Origin: Psilocybe cubensis | Lineage: Eukaryota | NCBI GenBank assembly: GCA_017499595.2 | Contig: CM039004.1 | Coordinates: forward strand, 496,001-560,000 | Direction of reading: 5' to 3' | DNA: 64,000 nucleotides | The notes under the pieces: model-generated | What the model saw: only the letters and a program-made list of their open reading frames with translations | Database searches by the model: none | Told to the model about the DNA's origin: nothing | Made by a program: the position numbers and the translations under genes | Shown: piece by piece, positions 12,744-25,806 of the stretch | Numbering within the stretch: the stretch's first letter is position 1 | Layout of the letters: each line of letters begins with the position of its first letter

Positions 12744-14114
12744 ATGCCCATTTGTACGTCCTGCACGCAATCCGTGTCATACCTCTATACCGTGTACGAA
12801 TCGGAGTATAACCTCAGACTGGAACAGTGCGTCTGTATTGTTCGTTTTCTTGCTTCAAAACTTATATTGAACCTGAAGTAGCCCAATCCAAAATGCCTTG
12901 AATTTGTGGATCCTTACGTTGAACACGACGCTTTGACTATATTGCTTGACCTTTTTTTACTCAAACGAGGGGTATACCGACACCTTTTATTCAACCGAGG
13001 GTCGAAACCTCGAAAGTTGGCGGAACGAAAGTCGGGCACAAGCACACAATCACAACGGAATGAACGTGCCAGCCATGCGGAATCTAGACGCGAATTGGTA
13101 CGAGCATATATTCGTACTATATACCTTTGGCTGATATGTATATAGAACCGATGGATGCCTGTGTTGGAACTCGGAATCCCTCTAGTGTTGGTTGATTCGT
13201 GTAAGGACCATTCTTCGTTCCTGTTCCCAGAAATGTTGATCCAACGTCTCCTATAGTTATAAGATGGGGCTATCTCAGTATGTTCATCGTAAAATTTAGG
13301 CCTTTTGATAACTAATGTTGTCCTGTATAGATGCGAGCGGGCCTCCGATTACCACACCTTGGACGAAGAACACACTGATAGCTTTTCTACGCGTATTCAT
13401 GGGGACAGCTGCTGGTGAGCTTCTATCATATGCGTGAAAAGTTCAACTACTTAAACCTTTTGATTATTTAGAAACAATCGCTTTCCATGGAGGAATTACA
13501 TTAACCTGCTATACAGTCATGAAGCTTATAGATTTGTTTCAAACACGCATACGTCCATCATCGTCTCCAAAATCAAGCATACGACAACACTTCCAGTGCG
13601 TTCAACCCTGAATCTCCAGTTGTCGCTGACGCATACCTCTCCAACAGTCTATCACTGATATCACTCAGCCTCTTTTATTCATCCATAACGAAGTTGTTTC
13701 TGCTATTCCTACTGACTATCTGGCTTCCAACACCAACGTCCTCACCGACTGTTGCTCAGCACTCTTTACCAAATTGGGCAAAGATATTGGCTCGAAACCA
13801 AAGCAGCAGTTACATCCTTGATGCTCTGCAAGTTTTCGACGACGACAAATTGGACCGTGAATGGATCGTCAGAAATATCGTAGGTGGCATGTCGGCTGGA
13901 TTCGGTATACGTGGTATATTACTTTCTACAGTTGCATTCTTACCATATTTCTAACTGCCTTTCTGAAGTCATCTTGGATATCCATCCTTTTTTCACGACC
14001 ATTATAATTCTGGCAGGATGGGCGGCCAAAACTGCAGTGGCTACCTTTGTCAGCCGTTGGGTCGGAGGAGATGAAATGACAACACAGGCTTGGCTCTCGT
14101 ACAGCATTCCATGA
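12744..14114 (+). CDS. ARV1: Arv1-like ER sterol/lipid homeostasis protein
   Basis: MPICTSC...LYTVYESEYNLRLEQC...C..FVDPYVEHDALTILLDLFLLKRGVYRHLLFN (Arv1 homology domain) followed by hydrophobic segments. Confidence 0.88.
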
Positions 14115-14634
14115 TCGTTATTTCAGGAAAAACGGTGCGTATCTCTACGAAGACATCTTGGGAACTTCTACTAACACAATGCACTTAAGATACATAACGC
14201 ACCATTATTATTGGTGCTGGAAAAGATTATCTGGCGCATGAGCTGGCTTTATGATAGGGCCATGACATATGTACAACCCAGCCTCTTGTATGTATGTCAA
14301 TAGGTGCGAATATAATCTAATTCCAGAACCGATTGCTTTGGCTCGTCCGCATGTTGTGTCACTATTCTAAATCAATGTCAATCGATCGAGAGTTGTTTAG
14401 GAGGCCACAGCCAGCGAAAGGTTATCTTCCTCTAGAACATGTTGCGTCTAGAAGAAAGAAATTCAAGGCGATTTTTCGCCTCTTTATTCCCTTTCCTCCT
14501 GTGTAAAGATCGAATTAGGCGGGTTCTTGAATTGTTTTAATCTTCCGTGGCATATGATTATTGACGAAGCAGACTAAAATCAAAGGCCAAAATTGGAATC
14601 TCAGGCTCCGTATATGGTTGAATCCAATCGAGTG

Positions 14635-14663
14635 GTCAGCCACGGTCAGCCACAGTCAGCCAC
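14635..14663 (+). repeat. Three copies of GTCAGCCAC at a 10-bp period, upstream of a TATA-like GTATAAA
   Basis: gtcagccac-g-gtcagccac-a-gtcagccac read directly. Confidence 0.85.
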
Positions 14664-14810
14664 GTCTGGAATGGTATAAAGGCTTGAATACACTCCTATA
14701 CCTCTTACTTCATAACCACTACAACCAAGCAACTTTCCAACGCAAACCAAACTCGCTTAAAGCAAATATCCAATTTTCAAACAAATATCTTATATCACTT
14801 GACATAGAAG

Positions 14811-16852
14811 ATGGCTATCCACGTTTCTATCGACTACGTCAAGGGAAGTTTCATGAGGGGGTTCGCTATCGCCAAGCCCGCCATGAACCTCCTCTCCGAG
14901 CGTCTGAACGAAGCTCGGGCATTTGAAGGCGGCACATCCAACACAGTCAAACCCGCCAAAGAAACCTCGATCCCTGCCCTCATCGAGCGCCACGGCCGCC
15001 TCGAGACAGCTGTGATCTGCGCTGCTGTCGAGCACATCGCCGGCGCCGTCCTCGCCCGCGACCACGGCGTGCGCGGGGCTATCTCGCGCACGCTGCCATT
15101 TGTCAGCGCCCGCGCGCAGGACACCTTCGACGGCGCGTGCGACTTCCTCATCGACAAGGCCCATACACTCGTCGATGCTGCCGTCAAGGTCCTCGAAGAC
15201 AACCTCGAGGCGGCTTCCTCTTCCTCAGCTGTCGTCCACACTGGTGTGCAGGCCGCGGACGCTGCTATGCAAAAGATCCTAGGCGAGACCTACGTCGAGG
15301 ACGCGAAGAATTACATCAAGGATCTCCCTATCCGCGCTCTGGAGTATTCCGTGGTCAAGGCCGTCGAGGTGTATGTGCCATGTGAGATCAAGGTTAACAG
15401 GATGAGGAGGAGGTCGACCGTGGCATCTGTTCTCTTCGAGGGTGCGGTCCGCTCGTCGTTCTTGGGCGTTTTGAGCGTTTCATCCTTCTTCGCCTTCACA
15501 CATGTCTACGCGATCTCCCTGGTCGACGATGAGGCAGAGGTCAAGGCGATTTCATCACAACCCTCCGACGACACTTCTTCTACTGTCGTCCCACGCAAGC
15601 GCTGGCGTCGCTCTGCTTCACTTTTCGTTTCCTCTCCATCAATCACTACACTCGACACCAGCAGCGATGTCCCCGGCGACGAGGGCGACATGGAGGACAA
15701 CGTCGACATCATCTCCTTTTCATGCAGTACCACGAGCGATTCGGACACCTGCACCGCCAATGTCTCCGGCTCCGATGCTTGTGTGGTTCAGGAGAAGTTC
15801 CAGGAGGAGGTCGAAGAGGAGGTAGCATTCAATTATGGGATTGAGGTCGACGGTCAGAAGGGCGGTGTTGAGAAGGATACAAATACGGTCGAGGAAGTCG
15901 GTGTCGACATTTTGGGGGATGGTGTAGGCCTTGAGGTTGTCGAGCCCGTCGTCCTTGTCACGGAAATTGTCAAGCCTTCCTATGGTCCAGTTCGATGCGA
16001 CGGCAACGGCGAGGGCGAGAGCATAGGCGCATATGATGGTGAGGACGAGGCTGAGGTTGACGGCGAATACGAGGACGAGATCATGGGCGAGGTCGAGCAT
16101 GAGGTCGAGGACGAGGGCGAGTGTGAGGTCGAGGGCGATGGTGCGAAGGTTGACGACGAAGGCGAATTCCTTCTTTATGATATGCTGGAAGGTGCGGCCA
16201 AGGACCAAGGTGTTGAGGCCATGGACAACATTTGCGTCGAGGGTATCAAGAACGCCACCGATATTGGAACCGACGACATCAGCAACGACGTCGATGGCGA
16301 AGTCGTTCTTCAAGAGGAGATGCAGATCTGCGAGGCGACCAGGAGAGATGGAGACGTCGGCTTTGGGCTCTTCCCTTGCGTTTCTGGTTGGCCGGCAACG
16401 AGTACTGTCGATATTATGTCCAGAACTCAAGCCACTTGCCAACCCCAGCCCACCAATGTCAACCGCTATGGTGTGGATGGTTCGCTTTTCCCAGTTGATG
16501 CCCAAAGCCACGTTTACCCTCCATCGATCTCCTCTTTGGTTACCCCTTTCGATCTCTTCGTTTCTTCAACATCCAACATCGACAACGCCTCGTCAGCTAT
16601 TTCCGATAGTACCCTCGACATCGACGCGATTATCGCCGACACCTGCATTAACAACACCCCCATTACCTCCTCTTTGGTTACCCCTTTCGTTTCTTTGACA
16701 TCCAACATCGACAACGCCTCGTCATCTATTTCCGATAGTACCCTCGACATCGACGCGATTATCGCCGACACCTGCATTAACAACACCCCCATTACCACCA
16801 CCATCTTGATCATCATCACTGATGCCGACACGACCAGCACTATTACCTCCAC

Positions 16853-16889
<37 letters not shown>

Positions 16890-18040
16890 AACCCCAAGAA
16901 CATCACCGACAAGAACACAATTACTATCATCATCGACGACAAGAGTTGCAACCAGTCCCTTGAAGTCGACACACCTACTATTAGAGAAATTTCGAATGAA
17001 CAAGGCGCATCTAAAATTCAAGGTTTACCTGTAAGTTTTTGCTGTTTCGCTTCTTCGTTGCACCATTGATTCTGATCATTTATGTTCATTTACAGGAGGC
17101 CGTTGACACTCAGGTATATCCTGAGGTATGTTCATTCAATTTTTTTTTATTCGTGCCCGTTATTGACTGTTCGCGTATAGGTTGAGGCCGAGGAAGGACG
17201 GGAGAAGACGGTGAGAGGAGCTCACCCGGCATTCGAGGCGGCAGTCGTAAGTCTTTCACTTCTCGAACTCGCTTTTCACAATTACTCATTCATCGTTCAC
17301 AGGAACAACTCGATCAGAGTCAGATCGAGGTACGTTCATTTTCTTTCTTATTCCGTTAACTGGTTCTCAAGTATTTTTTTTAGATCGACACCGTCCACGC
17401 CGCATTGGTCGGGGACGTATCCCGCGACTCGGTAAGTTCTTTTCTTCGAGTTTCGTAACCTATTCACTCACCTACTTCCTCTACCAGGAAGCTGAGGACC
17501 ACTTTGTGGTCCCCAGCTTCACGGTATCCATGCCCTGCCTCACGGCAGTGGCAGAATCAGCCTCATTCAAAGAGGCGCTCGTGTTCAACACGAGCGTCTC
17601 TTTTGATGGCAGGCTGGGCTCTGCCCAGGAGACTGTGGAGGTAAGTCATTCTTAGTATTTTCTTTTTTTTTGACCTTATTCTGATGCCTTCTTTTTTTTC
17701 TAGTCCGAGGGGGTATGCACGGAGAGGGACCCGGCGGCTACAACAAGCGTAGCCATGGGGGTTGAAGTAAGTTTCTTCTTTACTTTTTTTTCCACGCCTT
17801 TTCTGATGTTTATGTCAGCCCCCACACTCTTCCCTCACCGCCACCGCGGCGGCGTTTGTGCCTCGGGCACAAGCGCCGTCAAGTGCCGGTATCGCTGGTG
17901 TTGCCACACCGGCGCACTGGGCCCCGGCGCCGAGGGTGGCGGTCACCCTCGAGAAGCCGCCCGTGCGCAAGAGCCGCACCGCCTCGGCCACCGGGCGCCG
18001 GGCGCGCCACCTGGCGCTCATGGGAAAAGGGCCAAAGTAA
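14811..18040 (+). CDS. Orphan acidic low-complexity protein: long first exon plus seven further exons, with a PAM2-like motif near the C-terminus
   Basis: 752-codon ORF to a GTAAGT donor near 17031; following GT-AG introns are all phase 0 and keep the frame open to TAA at 18038-18040; SSLTATAAAFVPR. Confidence 0.65.
16529..16796 (+). repeat. Two-copy in-frame tandem duplication (~130-140 bp) inside the orphan ORF
   Basis: SSLVTPF...SNIDNASS.ISDSTLDIDAIIADTCINNTPIT occurs twice with near-identical DNA. Confidence 0.9.
16854..16889 (+). repeat. (GACAAC)n coding microsatellite (Asp-Asn repeat)
   Basis: About six gacaac units read directly. Confidence 0.9.
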
Positions 18041-18570
18041 GTCACTCCCACCGGCGAACCCCCCTCCCTTCCCATTCCCTTTTACCGCCTGGGTGAGTTT
18101 TTAGTTTTCTTTTCTCTTTTAGCTCTATTCTAATATAATCTTTATTCAGATCTCCCATAGATAGAACCTTGTAATGTATACTAGATAGAATTTGTATAGC
18201 CATTTGTAAATTGTTCCAAGCTTAATAAATTTCTTTTGATTATTTGAATTGTGTGATATAAGTGTGAATTGAACAAATTTGAGTTGAACAAATCTTATAT
18301 TGAAAATCAATGACAACTTTTGAGTGTGGTAAAGTGGCTGACAGGTTATTCTCTGAACACTGTTACATTCAGTGACAACATATACTAGAATTTTATTTTC
18401 ACATATTTTCTTTTAATCTCTGGAACTGAGGATATTTGCATGTTGGTTAATTAATCAAACCAACGTGAGATTTCCACCTCATTAGCCTTGCACGATTCTT
18501 TCTCACTCTTACTTTTGAGATTTCGCCCGTGCCCTTACCTCGCTCGCGATACGCTAGCTCAAGCCGATAC

Positions 18571-19305
<735 letters not shown>

Positions 19306-19555
19306 ATCGATAATTCTTCTTAATAACGAGGTGAGCTAGGTAAGAGAGTATAGCAAGACGACGGAGCAGGACAAAAGGCGAAAATCCAATTCTGTTATCA
19401 TCGTGGTCTTGTGGCTTGTGGCAACAGATCTTGTGGGAGGAGTCCGGCTAACAAACGCAAAGTCAACGCCAGGAAGTAACCGCACGTGCTCACCCCGCGG
19501 GCTGAACAAAATACATAAATAGTCTAACCGCCTGTTAACGAATACTTTGAATAGT

Positions 19556-19660
19556 ACCGCAGCAGCGGAAACATCAAACAGACAATCCCCTCGCCTTTTA
19601 CTAGGGGATTCCGTGCTGCTTCCGCAAACAATGCTGCATTACAATCTTTGGAACCCTCAC
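19556..19660 (+). ncRNA. U5: U5 spliceosomal snRNA
   Basis: Invariant loop 1 GCCTTTTAC inside stem AATCCCCT...AGGGGATT followed by CCG; outer stem GCAGC..GCGGAA / TTCCGC..GCTGC; Sm-type site AATCTTTGG at the 3' end; ends approximate. Confidence 0.88.
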
Positions 19661-20006
19661 TTCCTCTGGAAGCCAGATGCCTCGGCATCTACGTTTTTGT
19701 CGCTTCTTTCATTATATATATTTTTTTTGCCACTACGAACTTTCGCCTTCCACAACCAAAGCGCATCTGGATTGTTGAATATTTGGGTGGTTCACACAAT
19801 TTTTTCAGTAATTGTTATTACATTTCTACACGAGGGAGGCAATGGAATTTTAATTGAATGCGTCTATTCTGAATACAACAAATTATGTTCCACCTCTAGT
19901 CACCCAATAATTTCTATAGCTAGTTGAGGATATACATTATTTAATAAACAACTAATATGGATCGTCCCGTGGTATATGTATGTATAAAAGCAACGCACAC
20001 GCCTCC

Positions 20007-21848
20007 TCAACGTATACTGAGAAACTCAGTGCCGGGTACAACACCACTCACAGCCACGGCGAGAACAACGAATGGCAGTAGAGCATTTATCAGCACATGA
20101 TTCCGTTTTGAGGTATCGAGCGGTGACCACCACCGGACTTCTGACCACACCAAGGGGCCAAACACCACGCATGCCGTCCAGAACTACGCACGATTGAGGG
20201 TTAATGACAACCTAGTTGAAAATGCGAGAAGAAAAGAGAACGTACGACGAGTATGCTCTTAATACAAAGAGCGGGATATTGGATTATTGAGGGCCTTTTG
20301 AGGACGGGTTTCACTCCGTTTGCGTGTCCATTACCACTCGCGTGTCCGTTCCCATTCGAGATGCTTTTAGGTGGTGACTGAGTGGGCACTTCGACGGGAT
20401 GAGTGAACATTACCCAAATGGCATAGAAGGCGACGGAGAAGAAGTGGTAAGCGAGAAGTGCTGGTGAGGGGGTGGTACTGTTATCATGAAAATAATTACT
20501 ACGCGCGCATTAAAAAAAATGAATTTGACGCACGCAGATAGTAAACTGACAGGCCCGTTGATACATTCTCCGCCTAGCTCAAAGTATTTAAAGCACCCCG
20601 TTCGCAGGACCTGCAGTTCATCACCTAAACAGATCAAAAAGTCAGCAAACAAAACATCGAACATGACAGATGCGAACTGACTATCAGCGCCGAAAAGGTC
20701 GTACAGCGCTACGCTCAAGATATTGACTGTCGACGCCAGCGGCTTCCGGCTCCAATGCCAATCATGCAGCGTAGACTTCATCGCCTTCCAGTTTTTGAAG
20801 TCGGGTAATGATACGAGGAGATCGCGCAGAACCACGACGTCGTTCAGTGCGACGGTCATTCCACCACCTGTCAGTGGATGTCGCATGTTCCACGAGTCGC
20901 CAATGAGAATGGCGCCTTCTTTTGAATGTCGTGCTCCCTGTTTAATAGGTGGCAGGAATGAATTAGGCATTCGGCGCAGACGGTCCTTCTCCAGCGCTGT
21001 GTAGATGGGTTGGTGCAAGTTCGAAGGAAGCTGAGGGATGATGTTGTTTATAATATGGCCCTGGAAATATGTTAACGATGTGGAAACTGGAAACTGTTTA
21101 AGCACACCTTGAGGTCATCAGGTAGAGGCTGCTTCACGTCGATGAGAATCCGGGTGTCGTGTTCTGAGATTTGGTATAGTAGTACAGGCCCGAAGCCTTT
21201 CACAAGAGCGACTGTGCCGTGGTGGGGTATAGGCAATTTTGCGTCCTCCAGAACAGCTCCTACGAAATGGCTTTTGGTCACAGGTTTGCACGACGTCTTG
21301 CCCATAACCTGATTTCTGAAATTCGAGAAACATCCGTCCGCAACGATGACAAGGTCCGCATACAGCGAGTATTTCGTGTCCTCTGCTCCGTTCTCTCCTT
21401 TCTTCGTCACTGAGGCCCCTAGGATCCGCCGGCTATTCTTTGTCTGTATGAGCTCGGTAACGCTGCCTTCAATCACATCCACACCCTTCGCCTTCATAGC
21501 CGCCTCTCGTAGCTTCATGATGAATCGCCCATGGTGGAAACTGCGTCCTTCGTACTTGCCCGGGTATGGAATGTGCACCGTTTGGCCATCCTTCACCACA
21601 CAGTAGCCATTTACGGGGATGGCATCGATGCCTTCCAGACACGATTCCAAGCCGAGACGCTTCAACGCTATAACTCCTCCTGGCTGCAGCAGCTCCCCCA
21701 CAATCCGGTCAGGTTCAGCCAGCGAGCGTTCGACCAACGCTATCCGTAGTGGTTTATCCCTGGGCGCCGTGGAAAGACCGTGAGCAAGAGCACATCCTGC
21801 GATACCGGCACCGACAATAATCACGTCGTAGTTTTTAGAGCTGGCCAT
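20007..21848 (-). CDS. ERG1: Squalene epoxidase (squalene monooxygenase)
   Basis: DVIIVGAGIAG, EPDRIVGELLQPGG, ADGCFSNFR, GDSWNMRHPLTGGGMTVA; hydrophobic C-terminus FWTACVVFGPLVWSE. Confidence 0.96.
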
Positions 21849-21961
21849 GACACTGGGGAAACGGGGAACTTGAGATGGGAGAGGTCAATAAAATAGCTCA
21901 TATTAAGGTTTCTGCGAAGTCGACCCATTTCTGCTTTCGGCAAACGCCGGCCTGTGATTTT

Positions 21962-21977
21962 GACGCGTCGACGCGTC
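21962..21977. promoter_or_regulatory. Perfect 16-bp palindrome GACGCGTCGACGCGTC (two ACGCGT/MCB-like boxes) upstream of ERG1
   Basis: Read directly; about 115 bp upstream of the ATG; function inferred. Confidence 0.45.
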
Positions 21978-22453
21978 TTATGGCGTCTGGCCGACGGTCT
22001 CGGTTTGGCTGGAATTGATTCTTCTCAAAAACTGTTAATCAGACCATTCACTTCACATAATTTCTAGAACTGAATTAAATATCACGAAAGATGCGTAATT
22101 TCTCATGTTTTGGGCCTTGCTATGAGTTTCTCGGATGTTGACTTGAACAAATTCCAGCCGAAGAAGATTGAAGTATAGCGTGATTTTTCTCCTCGATAAA
22201 TTCCGCTTCCACTTCATGTGGAAAATGAAAGAGACAACGGACATTGGGTTTTCCCTGGTTTTCCAAGGTTTTCCACCTTCGTGATCCGGGGCAATTTGAA
22301 AGGGTTTGATCCGTTCTATAGTACCTTTGTCTTCATACTAAAATGTTTCCAACTTACATAATAGTCGTATTTGAAGTTGAAAAGCGGTCTCAACTGACTT
22401 GCCCAATGACCACGGCTCGGATCTGTTAAACCCATATCATAGATCAGCCAGCC

Positions 22454-23804
22454 ATGTCAACGAGGTTTTCTCGAGAAGACACTCTAATCTTACTAGAATC
22501 ACTCGGAATATCCCTACCTCCTACCACAAAAATCTCACTAGACGACCTAAACAAGCGTCTCAAAGACGCACTAGATGCCGCTCAACGGTTGCACGCAGTT
22601 ATCGAAACCCTCCCTCTAAACCCGGCTGACCACCCAATATGGCCTGCAGACAAAGATCTAGAGGAGGCAACGCGCAAATTCAACTTTAAAGAAGCCATTC
22701 AGATGCGCTTAGCGAATGCGGCCCCGAAAGTGTCGTCGAACAAGAAAGACACGTTTTGGGAGATGAGGAAGGTTGTGACCAGCTTTGCGCAAGAGTCACC
22801 TACCGGTCGCGAGTTTTGTATGAGTGATACTTTGGGAGAACTGGTCAACTGGGGAGTTTATGTCAATGTACGTTACACGAATGTTCTTCATTTCAGAATA
22901 ACCTTTGAATATGTTTTGGCAGGTAACGCAAATCCGCTGTATCAAAGACACGCCCGTTTATATCCTGGTTTATAAAGAAGTCATCCCGCAGAAGGGACAG
23001 ACGCTCTACGATGCCCTAGAATCGGTTATTGGAACAAGTAACAGACTCCTCATCAATGTTCAAACGACCGATTTCGAGCGGCAGTCCATGTTAAAGCTTT
23101 TCCGCATGAACGCAAAACGCCTCTCACCAAATTTCCATGCCATAGATGAGAAAAAAGCTCAGAAGATGGGTTTAAAAACATCTTTCGTCCTCCCTCTCGG
23201 TCCACTCAATATGAAAGATACTGGCAAATTTTCAAACGTCACCGGATGCGAAGTGTGCGGCAAAACTAATGTCAGTCGCTGTGTACAGTGTTTGAGCGTC
23301 TCCTACTGCAGCAAAGGCAAGTATGACGTTGATAATCTTTTCAATTTGACCTGTCCGACTTCTTACCACTGAATAAACCCAGAATGCCAAAAACAAGACT
23401 GGCCAAACCACAAACTGACCTGCCGCTCGCTTAAAGGCGGAACATGGCGCACACTCACATTTGAAGTATACGACGCCGTTTTCCTGAGTCACAGCGACCA
23501 CACGTCTCAGATAGAAACAGCTAATGCAGGTGTCGTCCCACCAGACATCCACAACGGCAAAGTCTTCCTCGTAAAATTCCAAATATCGCTGATGCAATTC
23601 AAAGATGAAGCGCACATGCTCATATACGATCGACAGAGGAGCTTTAGAGGAATTTGGAAACGTTGCAAGGAGCGTGATCTGTTTGACGAAGCAGAGGATA
23701 GCATGGGCGATAATTTGAGGATGTATCGTTGGGCTCGACGCGTCGGCGATTACCAATTGAGTGTGTGCCTTGATAGACCCCCAGCCAAAGATCCTGTCTG
23801 GTGA
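22454..23804 (+). CDS. MYND zinc-finger protein, paralog 1
   Basis: CEVCGK...[27 protein letters not shown]; C-terminal MLIYDRQRSF...MYRWARR...CLDRPPAKDPVW*. Confidence 0.85.
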
Positions 23805-23919
23805 TATGTGACCGCGGTCTACCGTCTGCTGTGCGTGAATTATAAAAGGACTATATACTGACAGTCTGCTAAATCGATGAAAGATGTACTGATATGAAGA
23901 TATACGTAAAAATGTGAAT

Positions 23920-25806
23920 TCAGATACCGATCTTCCCAAACAAACGCTTGATAGGAACCCAAAAATACCCCCAGAACCTCTTATCCCCTGTCGCCAACGC
24001 TTCATGACGTTCAATTCCTTTCGCTGTCACGGTATCCTGCGGGAACAAGATTTTCCTTCGATGCTCCGTGAACGTCAATTTTCCAAGCGGCAAAGGATGA
24101 ACCGTCGAGACCACAGTCGACACAATATAGTCCTTTGATGACGACTTCGACGAGTACCCGCCTCCATCGTCAATGTCTCCGCCCTTCTTGACAGGCTGCG
24201 AATCCGCCTGCAACTTTTGCGCTTCGTTGACCTCGGTATTTTCCCTTATCCGACCCCAAACGCCACTGTACATCCCCGTCCAATAGATCCCATAGCCAAT
24301 TTCAATGCGTTGAATATTAGGGTGCCTGCTGGCGAACGCTTCCATGAAACAAGCAACCTCGTGTTCCTGTGCCAAAATGTCCAACTTGCTGCTATTCAAA
24401 CGAGTCGAAAACCTGAGGCGCTGGATGCTACGTGGCAGCGACATTTCATTCATCATAGTATACAGGGTCTGGAAAGTAAAACAAGGAAAAGTGAGTCCAT
24501 ATTCCTATGGTATGATTGAAGGATAACTTACTGAAACAGGGACAGCGGCTGAGAGGTTGTGCGGTATGGGAAGGTCGCTAGACGGACCATCTTGAGACAT
24601 GATATCCACTTGTTCCAAACGGGTGAACAACCCAAACGTTTCCAACAGGTCGCTGGTGATCCTAATAACAGTCAACGTCATACTCGTAAGGCTATTGGCT
24701 GTTGCTGTATCCGCGAGGTCGTCTAGCGTTTCCGACAGTCCATCCGGATCGCAAACACATGGTCTCTCATCAAATCCCCAGAGATTAATCGATTGCAGGG
24801 GCTGCAGTGCAAACTGCAGAACATGGCTGTACGGCCCTTCGTAGCTCGTAAGAGAAGGAAGAGTCAACGGAGTCAAGACGCCTATCCTTAGACCACGCGA
24901 ACGCTCGTCTGAGGCTGGAGGAAACATGCACAGCGAAGCAAGACTCGGACAATGTTCAAGGGCATCGATGAAGCAGGGGTCGGATGCCGCAGAGAATGGG
25001 ATCTTCAGAGACTTCAAATGATATGTTGCCTTCGAAAGTACAGAAAATAGATGACATGCAGTGTCATACCTGGGAACAGAGATATACTGAATGACGTCTG
25101 GCTGAATGACATACTGCAAGGCAACAGTGTCGACCCCGTGTGCTCGTTCTTCGTGTATGGAGACATGGTTTGTGACCCTCCCTTCCCAAGGCCACTGATC
25201 AAGATCAAGGTGCTGGATGCCCGGAAGCGGCGATGTAACGCTAAGCGGAATAGAGGACGAGTTGAGCCACAGATTGCTGATCTTCAACGACTGTATAATA
25301 TCCCACCACTGTGGTGAAATGTTGATGCAATGCCATGAAAGCGTGGATAAATTGGGGAAATGGGGCAACGCATCGACGATGGCGTTAATGATAAGCTTGG
25401 GGTCTAAATCATCCTGCTGGCTACGAGCCGGAAAGCCTGTGCGGCTGTAAGGTGATACCCAACAATGGCGTACACCATGCGCGATATGCGGGATTTGATA
25501 ACATTTGAGACGCTCAGTGAACCGTTCAAGATATGCCCGTGGTCGCGGAATTGGATGTTCAGCGTTGTATGCAAGGAAAAAGGGGGATACGTCGAGTACC
25601 GAAAAGAGGAGAGGTTGTGCCATGTATCGAAACGGCGAGCATGTTAACGAAATCGATCGTAGGTCGCAGGGTTTGAGATACGGGAAAACTAGCAGCCAAA
25701 CTTCTGGTGGTAGTGAAAGAGTGTCTGGAACACTCTGTGCTGTCGGCTCTGGAGGAGAAAGCGTGTCGCTTGAAAGACGGGTGTTCGTCGGCAAGATAGA
25801 TGCCAT
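23920..25806 (-). CDS. F-box protein with an LRR/RNI-like region
   Basis: LSLPPEVWLLVFPYLKPCDLRSISLTCSPFRYMAQPLLF; LPHFPNLSTLSW, LPSLTSYEGP; start codon uncertain. Confidence 0.8.

Noticed and set aside
15720-16972. Long antisense and alternate-frame ORFs over the orphan gene
   Set aside because: Explained by strong codon bias and repeats of the sense ORF
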